This document shows positions 18,227 to 20,000 of a stretch of DNA of 20,000 nucleotides, piece by piece. The notes under the pieces are model-generated. The model was not told the DNA's origin, did not search any database, and worked only from the letters and a program-made list of their open reading frames with translations. A program made the position numbers and the translations under genes. How positions within the stretch are numbered: the first letter of the stretch is position 1; each line of letters opens with the position of its first letter. Source of the DNA: an uncultured virus (IMG/VR IMGVR_UViG_3300043428_000060) (taxonomy: Duplodnaviria > Heunggongvirae > Uroviricota > Caudoviricetes); IMG/VR virus record IMGVR_UViG_3300043428_000060; one strand, given 5' to 3'.

Positions 18227-18245
18227 CAAGATAACAATATAAGAT

Positions 18246-18446
18246 ATGATACGAGTGAATGATTTACCAAGACAAGTTAGACTGGATCTGATAGAGGAAG
18301 CTAGATGGCAGAATGGTGCTGAGTATGTGAATGATTGTGTACGTGACAATGTGTTCATTGCAGAGATCTGTAACTGGGCTAGGACGCGTCAGGGCTTCGA
18401 TTACTGGCAATGGATAGATAAGGGTCTGTTCGCGGTTATGAACTGA
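18246..18446 (+). CDS. Small hypothetical early protein
   Basis: 66 aa; W..T.QG.DYW motif; starts 19 nt after motif copy 1. Confidence 0.75.
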   Translation: MIRVNDLPRQVRLDLIEEARWQNGAEYVNDCVRDNVFIAEICNWARTRQGFDYWQWIDKGLFAVMN

Positions 18447-18509
18447 TACGTGGAGCGTGGTAACACGCGAAGCGTATAGCAAATGTATAGCATTTGCGTA
18501 TAGCATTCC

Positions 18510-18551
18510 TTACAAACCTAGCACGAATGGTATTTGATAATATATATGTAA
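18510..18551 (+). promoter_or_regulatory. 42-bp motif copy 2
   Basis: TTACA AACCTAGC ACG AATGGTATT TGATAAT ATAT ATGTAA. Confidence 0.75.
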
Positions 18552-18577
18552 CAACAAATAAATAATACTAAATGTTC

Positions 18578-18619
18578 TTACAATCCTAATACGAAGTTAA
18601 TTTGATAATATTAATGTAA
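18578..18619 (+). promoter_or_regulatory. 42-bp motif copy 3
   Basis: TTACA ATCCTAAT ACG AAGTTAATT TGATAAT ATTA ATGTAA. Confidence 0.75.
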
Positions 18620-18649
18620 ATAAGTAACAAACAAATAAAAACAAATATC

Positions 18650-18973
18650 ATGACAAACAAAGAATTATTACAACAAGCAATTTCTAAATTAACTAAAGAA
18701 GAATTACAAGCAATCTATCCACCAATCGAAAGAGCTAACTTTGTGGTAAGAAAATCATGGCTAGGTCGTAACCAAGTTATAACCTTTGTCAACAAGAAGA
18801 ATCAAAGAGTAACTTACAACCACGACGAAGTACTTAATGTAATGCTACCTAAACTATCCATAATGCCATGTTGGATCAAACGTGAATATTGGTCACAATC
18901 AACCGATATGCCCGCTAATGTAAGAAGTCTAGCGACTATTGAAAATCTTAATGTAGAAGAGGTTAGCGAATAG
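18650..18973 (+). CDS. Hypothetical early protein
   Basis: 107 aa ORF with an A-rich leader after motif copy 3. Confidence 0.85.
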   Translation: MTNKELLQQAISKLTKEELQAIYPPIERANFVVRKSWLGRNQVITFVNKKNQRVTYNHDEVLNVMLPKLSIMPCWIKREYWSQSTDMPANVRSLATIENLNVEEVSE

Positions 18974-18982
18974 CCTCTTTTA
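18957..18982 (+). terminator. Hairpin/terminator overlapping the ORF stop and abutting motif copy 4
   Basis: AAGAGGTTA-GCGAA-TAGCCTCTT followed by a short T-run. Confidence 0.55.
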
Positions 18983-19021
18983 CAAAACGAATACGAAGTG
19001 TAATTGATAATATTAATGTAA
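18980..19021 (+). promoter_or_regulatory. 42-bp motif copy 4
   Basis: TTACA AAACGAAT ACG AAGTGTAAT TGATAAT ATTA ATGTAA. Confidence 0.75.
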
Positions 19022-19036
19022 CTAAATAAAACTAAT

Positions 19037-19198
19037 ATGACTTACGAAATTAAATTTAAAAATTGTTTATCTAATCCAAACTCTTCTTATTACAAAAGAT
19101 TCAACGGAATTCTAACTAAGTTAGTAACTGTTAAAACTGAAGAAGATCTTAAACTAATACCTAACTACGATAAAATAATATCAATTAATAAACTATAA
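19037..19198 (+). CDS. Small basic hypothetical protein (not in ORF track)
   Basis: MTYEIKFKNCLSNPNSSYYKRFNGILTKLVTVKTEEDLKLIPNYDKIISINKL (53 aa), 15 nt after motif copy 4. Confidence 0.7.
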   Translation: MTYEIKFKNCLSNPNSSYYKRFNGILTKLVTVKTEEDLKLIPNYDKIISINKL

Positions 19199-19200
19199 TT

Positions 19201-19362
19201 ATGATGACTTACGAAAAACTACACGAATTAGCAAGAATGTTTATGTATCAATTCCCTGATCTAGAAACATTATCATTAGATGAATTCCTAATGGAATACA
19301 GAGAAGAATTAACTGACGAACAATACGAATTAGGAACTTATATATTAACTTTATTTGAATAA
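19201..19362 (+). CDS. Small acidic hypothetical protein (not in ORF track)
   Basis: MMTYEKLHELARMFMYQFPDLETLSLDEFLMEYREELTDEQYELGTYILTLFE (53 aa). Confidence 0.7.
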   Translation: MMTYEKLHELARMFMYQFPDLETLSLDEFLMEYREELTDEQYELGTYILTLFE

Positions 19363-19364
19363 CC

Positions 19365-19454
19365 ATGAGTGAACAACAAAAAGAATCGATCATTGAAGGA
19401 TTATGCTTAGGATTAGTAATTGGCATCGTAATTGGATGGCTAATCTTCGGATAA
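19365..19454 (+). CDS. 29-aa single-TM membrane peptide (not in ORF track)
   Basis: MSEQQKESIIEGLCLGLVIGIVIGWLIFG; glycine zipper GxxxGxxxGxxxG. Confidence 0.6.
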   Translation: MSEQQKESIIEGLCLGLVIGIVIGWLIFG

Positions 19455-19467
19455 TTAACTAAGAAAA

Positions 19468-19513
19468 GTGTGACAATAGCCTACTACTATATAACTTAAT
19501 TAGCTAACGTCAC
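19468..19513. repeat. 46-bp element with inverted ends, copy B
   Basis: GTGTGACAATAGCCTACTACTATATAACTTAATTAGCTAACGTCAC. Confidence 0.8.
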
Positions 19514-19650
19514 CTTTTTTCGTAACCAAAATGTTGCACCGGAACACGGTGTATAGCATACCTATTGTTTTAAGTGAAATATACTATAATTTCGGCGAAT
19601 TTCCACCGTTTTTGCCGTTTCTATAGTGTATAGCAACGCGTATAGCACCC

Positions 19651-19692
19651 TTACAAAGCAAACACGAACTCAATTTGATAATATATATGTAA
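19651..19692 (+). promoter_or_regulatory. 42-bp motif copy 5
   Basis: TTACA AAGCAAAC ACG AACTCAATT TGATAAT ATAT ATGTAA. Confidence 0.75.
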
Positions 19693-19707
19693 CAAATAAC
19701 AATCAAC

Positions 19708-19839
19708 ATGAGTACTAAAGAAAAATTAGAGAAAATTAGTAAAGATCTTTTCCGTAAAACCTACATTTACTTAAATAAAGACCAACGTGATCAAGTTTTT
19801 GAGGTATATTTAGCCAAATATGCGGTAAAAGTTATGTAA
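19708..19839 (+). CDS. Small basic hypothetical protein (not in ORF track)
   Basis: MSTKEKLEKISKDLFRKTYIYLNKDQRDQVFEVYLAKYAVKVM (43 aa), 15 nt after motif copy 5. Confidence 0.65.
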   Translation: MSTKEKLEKISKDLFRKTYIYLNKDQRDQVFEVYLAKYAVKVM

Positions 19840-19902
19840 TACACTTAGAGATAGAGTGTTACACTATAGATACTTTTATTCCCTATAAATAATTAACAAC
19901 CC

Positions 19903-19944
19903 TTACAAAGCGAATACGAGCTCCGTATGATAATATAAATGTAA
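19903..19944 (+). promoter_or_regulatory. 42-bp motif copy 6
   Basis: TTACA AAGCGAAT ACG AGCTCCGTA TGATAAT ATAA ATGTAA. Confidence 0.75.
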
Positions 19945-19965
19945 CAAATAAACAAACATATTACA

Positions 19966-20000
19966 ATGAGTGAAATAATACCTTACGTTAACCCTAAACA
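19966..20000 (+). CDS. Start of the next small ORF (partial)
   Basis: MSEIIPYVNPK..., 21 nt after motif copy 6. Confidence 0.55.
   Translation, partial: MSEIIPYVNPK

Noticed and set aside
17830..18245. tRNA or known ncRNA in the intergenic region
   Set aside because: No cloverleaf or T-loop (GTTCGA) pattern recognised
18264..19426. Minus-strand ORFs 18264-18506 and 19241-19426
   Set aside because: They overlap plus-strand ORFs that have motif-linked leaders; likely shadows
19593..19620. Hairpin CGGCGAA-N11-TTTGCCG as a terminator
   Set aside because: Large loop, short U-tract and about 140 nt from the nearest stop; too weak to call
18185..19944. CRISPR array interpretation of the 42-bp repeats
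   Set aside because: Repeats are internally degenerate at fixed positions, spacing is highly irregular (68-671 nt), the intervals contain ORFs, and no cas genes are present in the window
1..20000. Stop-codon reassignment, as in some Bacteroidota phages
   Set aside because: Long genes (terL, groEL, fibre) are intact and tightly packed under the standard code

Overview
AT-rich segment of a tailed dsDNA phage genome, most consistent with a Bacteroidota/Flavobacteria-type phage (inferred from the TerL/portal type and A-rich leaders lacking obvious Shine-Dalgarno sites). Positions 1-17744 form one tightly packed minus-strand late/structural region. In transcription order it holds small basic proteins, tail/tail-fibre genes (including a 1205-aa fibre with an intramolecular chaperone), a lysis cassette (two holin candidates, an M15 peptidase endolysin and a u-spanin-like lipoprotein), phage groEL-groES, a winged-helix-like protein, small putative virion proteins, an HEXXH peptidase, a second tandem GroES-like protein, a TerS candidate, the terminase large subunit and the start of the portal. 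After a repeat-rich divergent intergenic region (about 17750-18245), the + strand carries an array of very small ORFs. Each unit is preceded by a fixed-spacing 42-bp motif (TTACA-N8-ACG-N9-TGATAATAT-WW-ATGTAA, 6 copies), accompanied by GTATAGCA boxes and a twice-repeated 46-bp element with inverted ends. All product calls come from motif recognition by eye; no searches were run.
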